From Olsenella uli DSM 7084 (GTDB lineage: Bacteria; Actinomycetota; Coriobacteriia; Coriobacteriales; Atopobiaceae): 24,000 bases of DNA. Positions 15,203-23,199 of this stretch are shown here, one piece after another. The notes beneath the pieces were generated by a model. It was not told the origin of the DNA, did no database searches, and was given only the letters and a program-made list of their open reading frames with translations. The translations under genes were made by a program, and so were the position numbers. How positions within the stretch are numbered: position 1 is the first letter of the stretch; each line of letters opens with the position of its first letter. The stretch spans positions 209,186-233,185 of the forward strand of contig NC_014363.1 in NCBI RefSeq assembly GCF_000143845.1. The letters are read 5' to 3'.

Positions 15203-16732
15203 ATGGAGGCATGCTCCGAGTATGCCGTGCAGATGCACGGCATCACCAAGACGTTCGGCACGTTCACGGCTCTCGATGGGGTTGACCTCGACGTACGCAG
15301 GCAGACGGTCCACGCCATCCTCGGCGAGAACGGTGCGGGCAAGTCGACGCTCATGAACGTGCTGTATGGTCTCTATCAGGCAGATTCCGGTGAGGTCTAC
15401 CTTGGCGGCGAGCGCGTGGAGATAGGCGGGCCCAGCGATGCCATCAAGCGCGGTATCGGCATGGTCCACCAGCACTTCATGCTCGTGGAGAACTTCACCG
15501 TCACCGAGAACATCATCCTCGGCGACGAGGTGTGCGGTCCTGCAGGGACGCTTGACATGAGGCGCGCCCGCGAGGACGTCGCCAAGATCGTCGACGAGTA
15601 CGGCTTCGACATCGACCCCGACGCCAAGATCGAGGACATCACGGTCGGCATGCAGCAGCGCGTGGAGATCCTCAAGGCCCTCTACCGCGGTGCCGACACC
15701 CTGATCCTCGACGAGCCGACGGCGGTCTTGACGCCCCAGGAGATCGAGCAGCTCATCAGGATCATGCGTGACCTCGTGAGCAAGGGCAAGACGATCATCA
15801 TCATCACCCACAAGCTCAAGGAGATCATGTCCTCGGCGGACGTGTGCACGATCATCCGCAGGGGACAGTACATGGGCACCGTCGATGTCGCCGACGTCGA
15901 CGAGGCCGAGCTTGCCGCCAAGATGGTCGGGCGCCGCGTCAACCTCACGGTCGAGAAGGCCCCGGCCACGCCGGGCGAGACCGTGCTGTCCATCCGAGAC
16001 CTCCATGTGAAGGACGAGCGCGGCATAGAGCAGGTGACGGGCCTCTCCCTCGACGTGCGCGCCGGGGAGATCGTGGGCATAGCGGGAGTCGACGGCAACG
16101 GCCAGAAGGAACTCGTCGACGCCATCACCTGTCTCGTCAAGGTCGAGTCGGGAACGATCAGCGTGCAGGGGACCGAGCTGCAGAACACGAGCCCCCGCTA
16201 CGTCCTCGACCACGGTGTCGCCACGGTCCACTCGGACCGCCACCGCTTCGGCATGGTGCTGCCCATGACCGTGGCCGAGAACATGGTGCTCGAGCGCCAT
16301 GGCGAGGAGCGCTTCGGCAAGGGGCTCATGCTCGACTATGACAAGATGCGCTCGTTCACCCGCGAGCTGATCGAGGAGTTCGACATTCGACCGTCGGGCT
16401 GCGAGGATAGCGTCGCCAAGGGCCTCTCGGGAGGAAACCAGCAGAAGGCCGTCATCGCACGCGAGGTCTCCGGGAGCCCGGAACTGCTCGTTGCCGTCCA
16501 GCCCACACGTGGCCTGGACGTGGGTGCCATAGAGTTCGTGCACAAGACGCTCGTGCGCGAGCGCGACAAGGGGAAGGCCGTCCTTCTCATCTCGCTCGAG
16601 CTGGACGAGGTGATGAGTGTCTCGGACACCATCGACGTCATCTACGGCGGGAAGATCGTAGGCAGCTTCGAGCAGGGAAGCGTGGGCGAGGAGGAGCTTG
16701 GCCTCCTGATGGCGGGAGGCGGTAGCAAGTGA
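15203..16732 (+). CDS. ABC transporter ATP-binding protein with duplicated ATPase domains (nucleoside/sugar CUT2-type, NupA/NupO-like)
   Basis: Walker A GENGAGKST, second-domain P-loop GVDGNGQKE, signature LSGGNQQK, and Walker B LILDEPT / LLVAVQPTRGLD; 509 aa. AGGAGG lies 6 nt upstream of the start. Confidence 0.9.
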   Translation: MEACSEYAVQMHGITKTFGTFTALDGVDLDVRRQTVHAILGENGAGKSTLMNVLYGLYQADSGEVYLGGERVEIGGPSDAIKRGIGMVHQHFMLVENFTVTENIILGDEVCGPAGTLDMRRAREDVAKIVDEYGFDIDPDAKIEDITVGMQQRVEILKALYRGADTLILDEPTAVLTPQEIEQLIRIMRDLVSKGKTIIIITHKLKEIMSSADVCTIIRRGQYMGTVDVADVDEAELAAKMVGRRVNLTVEKAPATPGETVLSIRDLHVKDERGIEQVTGLSLDVRAGEIVGIAGVDGNGQKELVDAITCLVKVESGTISVQGTELQNTSPRYVLDHGVATVHSDRHRFGMVLPMTVAENMVLERHGEERFGKGLMLDYDKMRSFTRELIEEFDIRPSGCEDSVAKGLSGGNQQKAVIAREVSGSPELLVAVQPTRGLDVGAIEFVHKTLVRERDKGKAVLLISLELDEVMSVSDTIDVIYGGKIVGSFEQGSVGEEELGLLMAGGGSK

Positions 16733-17862
16733 AGACGCTCATCAGGATCATGAGGAAGCCCATCACCTCCTCGTTGGTCGCCATCCTCGTCGGCTTCGTC
16801 GTCGCGTCCATCGTCCTCGCGGCTGCGGGCTATGACCCCCTGGCCTCGTTCGCGGCCCTGTTCAACGGGATGCTCGGCAAGCCCAAGTACATCTCCAACG
16901 TGGTCATCAAGGCCACGCCGCTTTTGCTCACGGGCATCGCCGTCGCCTTCGCGTTCAAGGTGGGCCTGTTCAACATCGGCGCCGAGGGGCAGTACATCAT
17001 CGGCACCATCTGCGCCGTGATGGCGGGCACCACCCTCAACCTCCCGGCCCCCATCCAGGTTCCCCTCGTGGTCCTCGCGGGCATGCTCGGGGGCGCGGCG
17101 GGAGGGGCCTTCGTCGGGTGGCTCAAGGCGCGCTTCGGCATCCACGAGGTCATCACGAGCATCATGATGAACTGGATTGCCCTCTACCTCTGCAACTTCG
17201 TGGTCAACACGAGCGCGTTCCACCAGCCGGACTCGACGGCGAGCTATCCCGTGAACCCCTCGAGCTATACCATGGTCCTACCCAACTGGAAGCTCTCCGA
17301 GGCGGGCATGGACACGCTCAAGGACGTGCCCTGGCTTTACGACGTGCTTGTCAAGACGGACGTCAACGTGGGCATCCTGGTGGCCATCGTGGCGGCGGTC
17401 CTCGTCGCCGTCCTGCTCTCGCGCACCAAGAGCGGCTATGAGATGCGCGCCGTGGGCCTCAACCGGGAAGCCGCCCGCTTCGCGGGCATCAGCGTCGAGA
17501 AGAACATCGTCCTGTGCATGCTCATCTCGGGTGCCCTCTGCGGCCTTGCGGGTGCGCTGACGATCACGGGCACCGCCCCGCACAGCCTGTCCATCCTCGC
17601 CGCCTTCGAGAACGCCGGCTTCAACGGGCTCTCCGTCGCCTTCATCGCGGGATGCTCGCCCATCGGCTGCATCCCGGCGAGCCTGCTCTTCAGCGGCCTC
17701 ATCTACGGTGGCCAGACAGTCCAGCAGGTCATGGGGGCACCGTCTGACATCATCAACATCATGATCGGGACCATCGTGTTCTTCATGGCTCTCGGAGGAG
17801 TCATCCCCATGCTCGCCGCACGGCTCGAGAAGAGGGAGAAGGAGGCCGCACATGCTCAGTAA
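16729..17862 (+). CDS. ABC transporter permease (BPD_transp_2 type, NupB/NupP-like)
   Basis: The 377-aa sequence is strongly hydrophobic and multi-spanning. The GTG start overlaps the ATPase stop as GTGA. The operon context is BMP, ATPase and two permeases. Confidence 0.85.
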   Translation: MKTLIRIMRKPITSSLVAILVGFVVASIVLAAAGYDPLASFAALFNGMLGKPKYISNVVIKATPLLLTGIAVAFAFKVGLFNIGAEGQYIIGTICAVMAGTTLNLPAPIQVPLVVLAGMLGGAAGGAFVGWLKARFGIHEVITSIMMNWIALYLCNFVVNTSAFHQPDSTASYPVNPSSYTMVLPNWKLSEAGMDTLKDVPWLYDVLVKTDVNVGILVAIVAAVLVAVLLSRTKSGYEMRAVGLNREAARFAGISVEKNIVLCMLISGALCGLAGALTITGTAPHSLSILAAFENAGFNGLSVAFIAGCSPIGCIPASLLFSGLIYGGQTVQQVMGAPSDIINIMIGTIVFFMALGGVIPMLAARLEKREKEAAHAQ

Positions 17863-18772
17863 TCTGCTTCTCCTCGTGGGGATCACGCTCATGTACTCGA
17901 CGCCTCTCGTGTTCGGTGCCCTGGGAGGCGTAGTCTCGGAGCGCTCGGGCGTCACCAACATCGGCATCGAGGGCATGATGTCGGTTGGTGCCATAGCCGC
18001 AGCCTCCACCAGCTACTTCACGGGCAACCCCTGGCTTGGCTTTTTGGCTGCCGGCATCGCGGGCACGCTCATCGCGCTGCTGCACGCCATCGCCTCGGTG
18101 ACGTTCAATGCGGACCAGACCGTCTCGGGCGTGGCCATCAACCTGCTTGCGCCTGGTGTGTCGCTGTTCGTCTGCCGCAGGCTCTTCGACAACGCGGCCA
18201 TGACCCCTCCCGTCACCACGCTTCCCAAGCTCTTTGGCGAGGGGGCCTTTGCGGGCACGGAGTTCTCCAACCTCAACGTGGACGTCACGGTCATGCTCGC
18301 GCTCGTGGCGGCACTGGTCGTCTGGTTCGTGCTGTACAAGACCAAGTGGGGACTGCGCGTCCGTGCCGTGGGCGAGCACCCGGCGGCTGCCGACACCCTT
18401 GGCATCGACGTGGGACGCACCCGCTACGTCTGCGTGCTCGTCTCGGGGCTTCTGGCAGGGTTCGGTGGCGCGTCGGTGACGCTGGCCATCATCTCCCAGT
18501 TCACCCAGACGGCCATCAGCGGCCAGGGCTTCATCGCGCTCGCCGCGGTCATCTTCGGCAAGTGGAAGCCGCAGGGTGCCTATGGCGCCTGCCTGCTCTT
18601 TGGTCTTGCGCAGGCCCTCGCGGTCATCCTCGGCGGTGGAGCGACCCCCATCCCCAGCCAGATCGTGGCCATGTTCCCCTACGTCATGACCATCGTCGTG
18701 CTGGTGCTGTTCGTGGGCCGCTCCGAGGCCCCCAAGGCGGACGGCGTCCCCTACATCAAGGGCGGGCGCTAA
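17852..18772 (+). CDS. ABC transporter permease (NupC/NupQ-like)
   Basis: A 306-aa polytopic membrane protein that overlaps the upstream permease gene by 11 nt. Its C-terminus ...GRSEAPKADGVPYIKGGR is typical of this permease family. Confidence 0.85.
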   Translation: MLSNLLLLVGITLMYSTPLVFGALGGVVSERSGVTNIGIEGMMSVGAIAAASTSYFTGNPWLGFLAAGIAGTLIALLHAIASVTFNADQTVSGVAINLLAPGVSLFVCRRLFDNAAMTPPVTTLPKLFGEGAFAGTEFSNLNVDVTVMLALVAALVVWFVLYKTKWGLRVRAVGEHPAAADTLGIDVGRTRYVCVLVSGLLAGFGGASVTLAIISQFTQTAISGQGFIALAAVIFGKWKPQGAYGACLLFGLAQALAVILGGGATPIPSQIVAMFPYVMTIVVLVLFVGRSEAPKADGVPYIKGGR

Positions 18773-18791
18773 GGCAAGGCACGTATGCTAC

Positions 18792-18835
18792 CAGGAGGGG
18801 CCCGCCAGCGCGCCATGCCCTGTGGGCCCCTCCTG
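18792..18835 (+). promoter_or_regulatory. Perfect 12-bp inverted repeat (CAGGAGGGGCCC ... GGGCCCCTCCTG) with a 20-nt loop between the permease gene and cdd; possible partial terminator or mRNA stabiliser
   Basis: Read directly. It begins 20 nt after the permease stop and is followed by actcattctttcc, which is weakly T-rich. The cdd SD AAGGAG lies at 18851-18856. Confidence 0.5.
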
Positions 18836-18865
18836 ACTCATTCTTTCCGGAAGGAGCGATGGGGG

Positions 18866-19312
18866 ATGGAAGACAGCGAGCTCGTGCGAGAGGCTATCGT
18901 TGCCCGCGAGGGCGCGTACGTGCCCTACTCGCACTTCTCCGTCGGCGCCGCGCTGCTGGACGCGGACGGGCGCGTGTGGCATGGCTGCAACATCGAGAAC
19001 GCGGCCTACTCGCCAGGTAACTGCGCGGAGCGCACGGCCATCTTCAAGGCGGTGAGCGAGGGGGTGCGAGGCTTCGTGGCCATCGCCGTCGTGGGCGGGG
19101 CCGAGGGCAGGCCCATCAGCGACTGGTGCGCCCCCTGCGGGGTGTGCCGCCAGGTCTTGCGCGAGTTCTGCGATCCCGGGAGCTTCAGGGTCGTGCTTGC
19201 ACGTTCGCCACAGGACATGCGGGGCTATCTCCTCAAGGAGCTGCTGCCGATGGGCTTTGGGCCCGAGGACCTCAGGCGTGCGGATGACAACGGGGAGGCT
19301 GATGCACAGTGA
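18866..19312 (+). CDS. cdd: Cytidine deaminase (homotetrameric type)
   Basis: Motifs YVPYSHFSVGAALL, CAERTAIFKAV (zinc-binding CAE) and PCGVCRQVLREF; 148 aa from ATG 18866. Confidence 0.92.
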   Translation: MEDSELVREAIVAREGAYVPYSHFSVGAALLDADGRVWHGCNIENAAYSPGNCAERTAIFKAVSEGVRGFVAIAVVGGAEGRPISDWCAPCGVCRQVLREFCDPGSFRVVLARSPQDMRGYLLKELLPMGFGPEDLRRADDNGEADAQ

Positions 19313-20640
19313 GGATGTACGACGTCATCGAGCACAAGCGCAATGGGGGGGAGCTGAGCGACGAGGAGATCAGGTTCTTCGTCGACGGCTACTCCTCCGG
19401 CGAGATTCCCGACTATCAGGCCTCGGCCCTGTGCATGGCCATCTACTACCAGGGCATGACGGAGCGCGAGACGGCCAGCCTCACCATGGACATGGTGCGC
19501 TCGGGCGACGTCGTGGACCTGTCGGGCATAGACGGCGTCAAGGTGGACAAGCACTCCACGGGTGGCGTGGGTGACAAGACCTCGCTGGCGGTCGCTCCCA
19601 TCGTGGCCTCGCTCGGCGTGCGCATGGCGAAGATGAGCGGACGTGGCCTGGGCCACACGGGTGGCACCCTCGACAAGCTGGAGTCCATCCCCGGGCTCTC
19701 CTGTGACATAGATGGTGCGCGCTTCGAGGAGATCGTGAGGACGGTGGGCGTCGCCATCGTCGGACAGACGGGCAACCTCGTGCCCGCAGACAAGAAGCTC
19801 TACGCGCTGCGCGACGTCACGGCGACCGTGGACAGCCTGCCGCTCATCGCCTCGAGCATCATGAGCAAGAAGATCGCCGCAGGATCCGACAAGATCCTGC
19901 TTGACGTGAAGTGCGGCAGCGGCGCCTTCATGAAGACCGTAGATGACGCCATCGCGCTTGCCAAGTCCATGGTCTCCATCGGAGAGCACGTGGGGCGCAC
20001 CACCGTCGCCCTCATCACCGACATGGGCCGGCCCCTGGGCAACTGCATCGGGAACGCCCTCGAGGTGAGCGAGGCGGTGGCCACCCTCAGGGGAGAGGGT
20101 CCGAGGGACCTCACGGACGTCTGCGTGGAGCTGGCGGGCAACCTCCTGTTCTTGGCGGGGAGGGGCGAGCTGGACGCATGCCGCCTTCTGGCCCGTGGAC
20201 AGATCGCCAACGGGGAGGGCCTCGCGAAGCTCAAGGAGATGGTCGCTGCCCAGGGGGGAGACGCCTCGGTGCTGGACGACTGCGCCTCCAGGCTCGTGGA
20301 GCCGCGGCTGTCGCGCGAGCTGCGCGCCACGCGGGACGGACACCTCTTCTCGATGGACACGGAGCGCTGCGGCATGGCGTCAGTCGCCTTGGGCGCGGGT
20401 CGTGCCCGCAAGGAGGACGCCATAGACCACTCTGCCGGCATCGTCCTGGCGAAGAAGACGGGTGACAGCCTGGTCGAAGGCGATCTTCTCGCCACGCTCT
20501 TCGCGGCGGACGAGGGCCTGCTCGACGAGGGGGAGCGCGTCTTCCGCGACGCGCTTGACATCCGAGACGAGCCTCCTGCGGCTCCGCCGCTCTTTCATGC
20601 GCGCGTGTCGTGCGAGGGTGTGGAGCGCACGGACGCGTGA
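19309..20640 (+). CDS. pdp: Pyrimidine-nucleoside (thymidine/uridine) phosphorylase
   Basis: MRMYDVIEHKRNGGELSDEEIRFFVDGYSSGEIPDYQASALCMAIYYQGM and KHSTGGVGDK; 443 aa. The N-terminus parallels B. subtilis Pdp (MRMVDII..., recalled from memory). The GTG start overlaps the cdd stop as GTGA. Confidence 0.92.
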   Translation: MRMYDVIEHKRNGGELSDEEIRFFVDGYSSGEIPDYQASALCMAIYYQGMTERETASLTMDMVRSGDVVDLSGIDGVKVDKHSTGGVGDKTSLAVAPIVASLGVRMAKMSGRGLGHTGGTLDKLESIPGLSCDIDGARFEEIVRTVGVAIVGQTGNLVPADKKLYALRDVTATVDSLPLIASSIMSKKIAAGSDKILLDVKCGSGAFMKTVDDAIALAKSMVSIGEHVGRTTVALITDMGRPLGNCIGNALEVSEAVATLRGEGPRDLTDVCVELAGNLLFLAGRGELDACRLLARGQIANGEGLAKLKEMVAAQGGDASVLDDCASRLVEPRLSRELRATRDGHLFSMDTERCGMASVALGAGRARKEDAIDHSAGIVLAKKTGDSLVEGDLLATLFAADEGLLDEGERVFRDALDIRDEPPAAPPLFHARVSCEGVERTDA

Positions 20641-20766
20641 GGTACGAGGTTCGCGTGGGAGGGGCCTGCCGCGGGTGGCGTGCCCCCTCGCCCCTTCCTT
20701 CGGCGGTGGATGGTAGGATGATACACTGCAACCTCACGCACGTAGGCCCCATGGGGAGAGGGAAGT

Positions 20767-22038
20767 ATGGCGGACAAGCGCGACATGCTCGATGACCTCA
20801 TCGACATCCAGCGCGATTGGCGGAAGGTCTCCAATCCGCTGGGCGACCTCGCCCGCGGGCTTGCGGCCGACCCCAGCGGGGTCAAGACCTTCAACCCGGC
20901 AGACTACAAGGAGCGCCCTCGTGCGAACTCCGTGTTCTGCCTGGACGTCGCATCCAAGCGGCGCGACGTGTGCCGCCGCTGCCTAGACGTCTGCCCTGTC
21001 GACGCCATCGAGATAGGCGAGTCGTCGGTGAGGGTTGCGGATGGCTGCCGCAAGTGCGGCCTCTGCACCATGGTCTGCCCCACCGAGGCGCTGCCCGTCC
21101 AGAGGATCATGGCCAAGGCGCTCTACGACAAGGTCGCTCGGGCCGCCCAGATCCACGAGCGCTGCTACCTCACCTGCACCCGCGCCCTGGGACGTCTTCC
21201 CAAGGACAACGAGATCGTGTTGCCCTGCGTGGGGGCCGTGCCATCGGAATTGTGGTTCTCCCTGCTCGCGGAGTACGATAACGTGGACGTCTACCTGCCC
21301 CTGGGCATATGCGACCGTTGTAGGACCACGACGGGCGAGGAGGCCTACGCCACCCAGATCGCCAGGGCCGAGGAGTTGACGGGCGCTTCGGTGGGCCTTG
21401 AGGTGGAGGAGGGGGACCTCAACCACGAGCAGTCGCGCGCCTACAAGCGCAGCCAGTTCATGGGGCAGATGGTGCGTGCGGGGCAGTCGCTCGCCGCGAC
21501 CGCGAACCCCGCCCTGGGCGGCATCCAGGCCGTGGCACGGCGCATACAGCAGCACTCCAACCAGATCTACGAGATGCAGCGCTCCCTCGAGCGGACCGTG
21601 GGCGGCAAGACCTCGGGAAACCGCAGGCGCATCCTCACCCAGAAGCGCAAGATGATGCTCACCGCCATCCAGCATCATCCGGGCCTCTCGAGGGACCTCG
21701 AGCTCAGGGTGCCGGTCTGTGACCCCACGCTCTGCACGATGTGCGGCGCCTGCGTCACGGCCTGTCCCCCGCATGCCTGTGACCTGGACGAGCGCGGACA
21801 CTTCTCGGTGGAGCCCGCCTACTGCGTGAACTGCGGCGCCTGCGCCACCGTGTGCCCCGAGCATGCGCTCGCCATGGAGCCCTGCGACCCGCAGGACCTC
21901 GTCATCCGCGACGAGGAGGCGGAGCGCAGGAGGAAGGCTGCCGAGCGGCAGCGCGCCCAGGTGGCGCTTGCCAGAGAGAGGGGTAGGCGCCGGCTCGAGC
22001 ACGGGCTCGATGCGCTCGAGCGCCTGGCCGACGAGTAG
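20767..22038 (+). CDS. Cys-rich multi-[4Fe-4S] ferredoxin-domain protein of unknown function
   Basis: 423 aa with about 24 Cys. N-terminal domain: C58-x10-CRRCLDVCP plus CRKCGLCTMVCP. Central region: CYLTC...PC...CDRC. C-terminal canonical dicluster: CTMCGACVTACP plus CVNCGACATVCP. A highly charged Arg/Glu tail follows. The SD GGGGAGAGGGAAG precedes ATG 20767. Confidence 0.75.
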   Translation: MADKRDMLDDLIDIQRDWRKVSNPLGDLARGLAADPSGVKTFNPADYKERPRANSVFCLDVASKRRDVCRRCLDVCPVDAIEIGESSVRVADGCRKCGLCTMVCPTEALPVQRIMAKALYDKVARAAQIHERCYLTCTRALGRLPKDNEIVLPCVGAVPSELWFSLLAEYDNVDVYLPLGICDRCRTTTGEEAYATQIARAEELTGASVGLEVEEGDLNHEQSRAYKRSQFMGQMVRAGQSLAATANPALGGIQAVARRIQQHSNQIYEMQRSLERTVGGKTSGNRRRILTQKRKMMLTAIQHHPGLSRDLELRVPVCDPTLCTMCGACVTACPPHACDLDERGHFSVEPAYCVNCGACATVCPEHALAMEPCDPQDLVIRDEEAERRRKAAERQRAQVALARERGRRRLEHGLDALERLADE

Positions 22039-22081
22039 GTGCCGACAGTCGGCTAACACGACGACGGACGGAGATGAGGAC

Positions 22082-23143
22082 GTGTCACTTTCGATTGGTA
22101 TCGTAGGCCTGCCCAACGTCGGCAAGTCGACGCTCTTTACCGCACTCACCAAGAAGGGCGGCCTGGCGGCCAACTACCCCTTCGCCACGATCGATCCCAA
22201 CGTAGGCGTCGTCGACGTACCGGACGAGCGCCTGCAGCGGCTCGCCGAGATGGCGAACCCGGCCAAGGTCGTTCCGGCGACGGTCGAGTTCGTGGACATC
22301 GCCGGCCTGGTCAAGGGAGCCAACGCAGGGGAGGGACTGGGCAACCAGTTCCTGGCCAACATCCGCAACTGCGATGCCATCTGCGAGGTCGTCCGCTACT
22401 TCAAGGATCCCGACGTCGTCCACGTCGATGGCCGTGTCGACCCTGCGTCAGACGCCGACACCATCATCACCGAGCTCATCCTCGCGGACCTCGGATCCCT
22501 CGAGCGTTCCATACCCAAGCTCGAGAAGGAGGCCAAGCGTGACAAGGACAACCTTCCCAGGCTCCAGATAGCCAGGCGCCTCCAGTCCTGGCTCGATGAG
22601 GGCAACCGTGCCGCCACGCTCGACATGACCGACGACGAGCGTGCTGCCGCCCACGACCTCTTCCTGCTCACGATGAAGCCCATCCTCTACGTCGCCAACT
22701 GCGACGAGGACCAGCTGGGTGACAGGCCGCAGATCGACGGTACGCCCGCCATCCCCATCTGCGCCAAGGTCGAGGCGGAACTCTCGGAGCTGGAGCCCGA
22801 GGAGGCAAGCGAGTACCTGGAGTCACTGGGTCTCGAGCGCTCGGGGCTCGAGACGCTTGCGCAGGCGGCCTATCGCCTGCTGGGACTGCAGAGCTTCTTC
22901 ACGGCCGGTCCGAAGGAGGTCCGTGCCTGGACCGTCCGCATCGGAGCGAAGGCGCCCGAGGCGGCCGGCGTCATCCACTCCGACTTCGAGCGCGGCTTCA
23001 TCAAGGCCGAGACCATCGGTTACGACGACTATGTGTCCCTCGGTGGGGAGCAGGGTGCCAAGGAGGCGGGACGCCTGCGCATGGAGGGCAAGGATTACGT
23101 GGTGCAGGACGGCGACGTAATGGTCTTCCGCTTCAACGTCTAG
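22082..23143 (+). CDS. ychF: Ribosome-binding ATPase YchF (Obg-like GTPase family)
   Basis: (V)[23 protein letters not shown] carries the G1 motif, followed by [13 protein letters not shown] and a C-terminal [11 protein letters not shown]. The GTG start at 22082 has GGAG 8 nt upstream. The track ORF start (21863) lies inside the previous gene and adds non-homologous sequence. Confidence 0.92.
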   Translation: MSLSIGIVGLPNVGKSTLFTALTKKGGLAANYPFATIDPNVGVVDVPDERLQRLAEMANPAKVVPATVEFVDIAGLVKGANAGEGLGNQFLANIRNCDAICEVVRYFKDPDVVHVDGRVDPASDADTIITELILADLGSLERSIPKLEKEAKRDKDNLPRLQIARRLQSWLDEGNRAATLDMTDDERAAAHDLFLLTMKPILYVANCDEDQLGDRPQIDGTPAIPICAKVEAELSELEPEEASEYLESLGLERSGLETLAQAAYRLLGLQSFFTAGPKEVRAWTVRIGAKAPEAAGVIHSDFERGFIKAETIGYDDYVSLGGEQGAKEAGRLRMEGKDYVVQDGDVMVFRFNV

Positions 23144-23153
23144 CACGTCGTTG

Positions 23154-23185
23154 CGTACGGGCCCCCGCGCGCGGGGGCCCGTACG
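23154..23185. terminator. Perfect 32-nt GC-rich palindrome; bidirectional terminator between convergent ychF and the LCP gene
   Basis: CGTACGGGCCCCCGCG|CGCGGGGGCCCGTACG. It would fold as a 14-bp stem with a 4-nt loop. It lies 11 nt after the ychF stop and 15 nt after the LCP stop on the other strand. Confidence 0.7.
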
Positions 23186-23199
23186 GCCGACGGTCGACG

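Noticed and set aside
13668-16543. Two long minus-strand ORFs (13668..15212, 514 aa; 15098..16543, 481 aa) antisense to the deoD/BMP and ABC ATPase genes
   Set aside because: The sense-strand genes have clear Walker, signature and lipoprotein motifs. The antisense translations are G/D/L/V/A-rich and lack any motifs.
20641-20766. Possible pdp terminator (gaggggc...gccccctc) and TAGGAT-type -10 box ahead of the Fe-S protein gene
   Set aside because: The stem is imperfect (unequal arms), there is no U-tract, and no matching -35 box. This is too weak to annotate.
19225-22173. Minus-strand ORFs 19225..20343 (372 aa), 19800..20561 (253 aa) and 20983..22173 (396 aa), antisense to pdp and the Fe-S protein gene
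   Set aside because: These are again mirror frames of well-supported genes, with no SD sequences or domain motifs.
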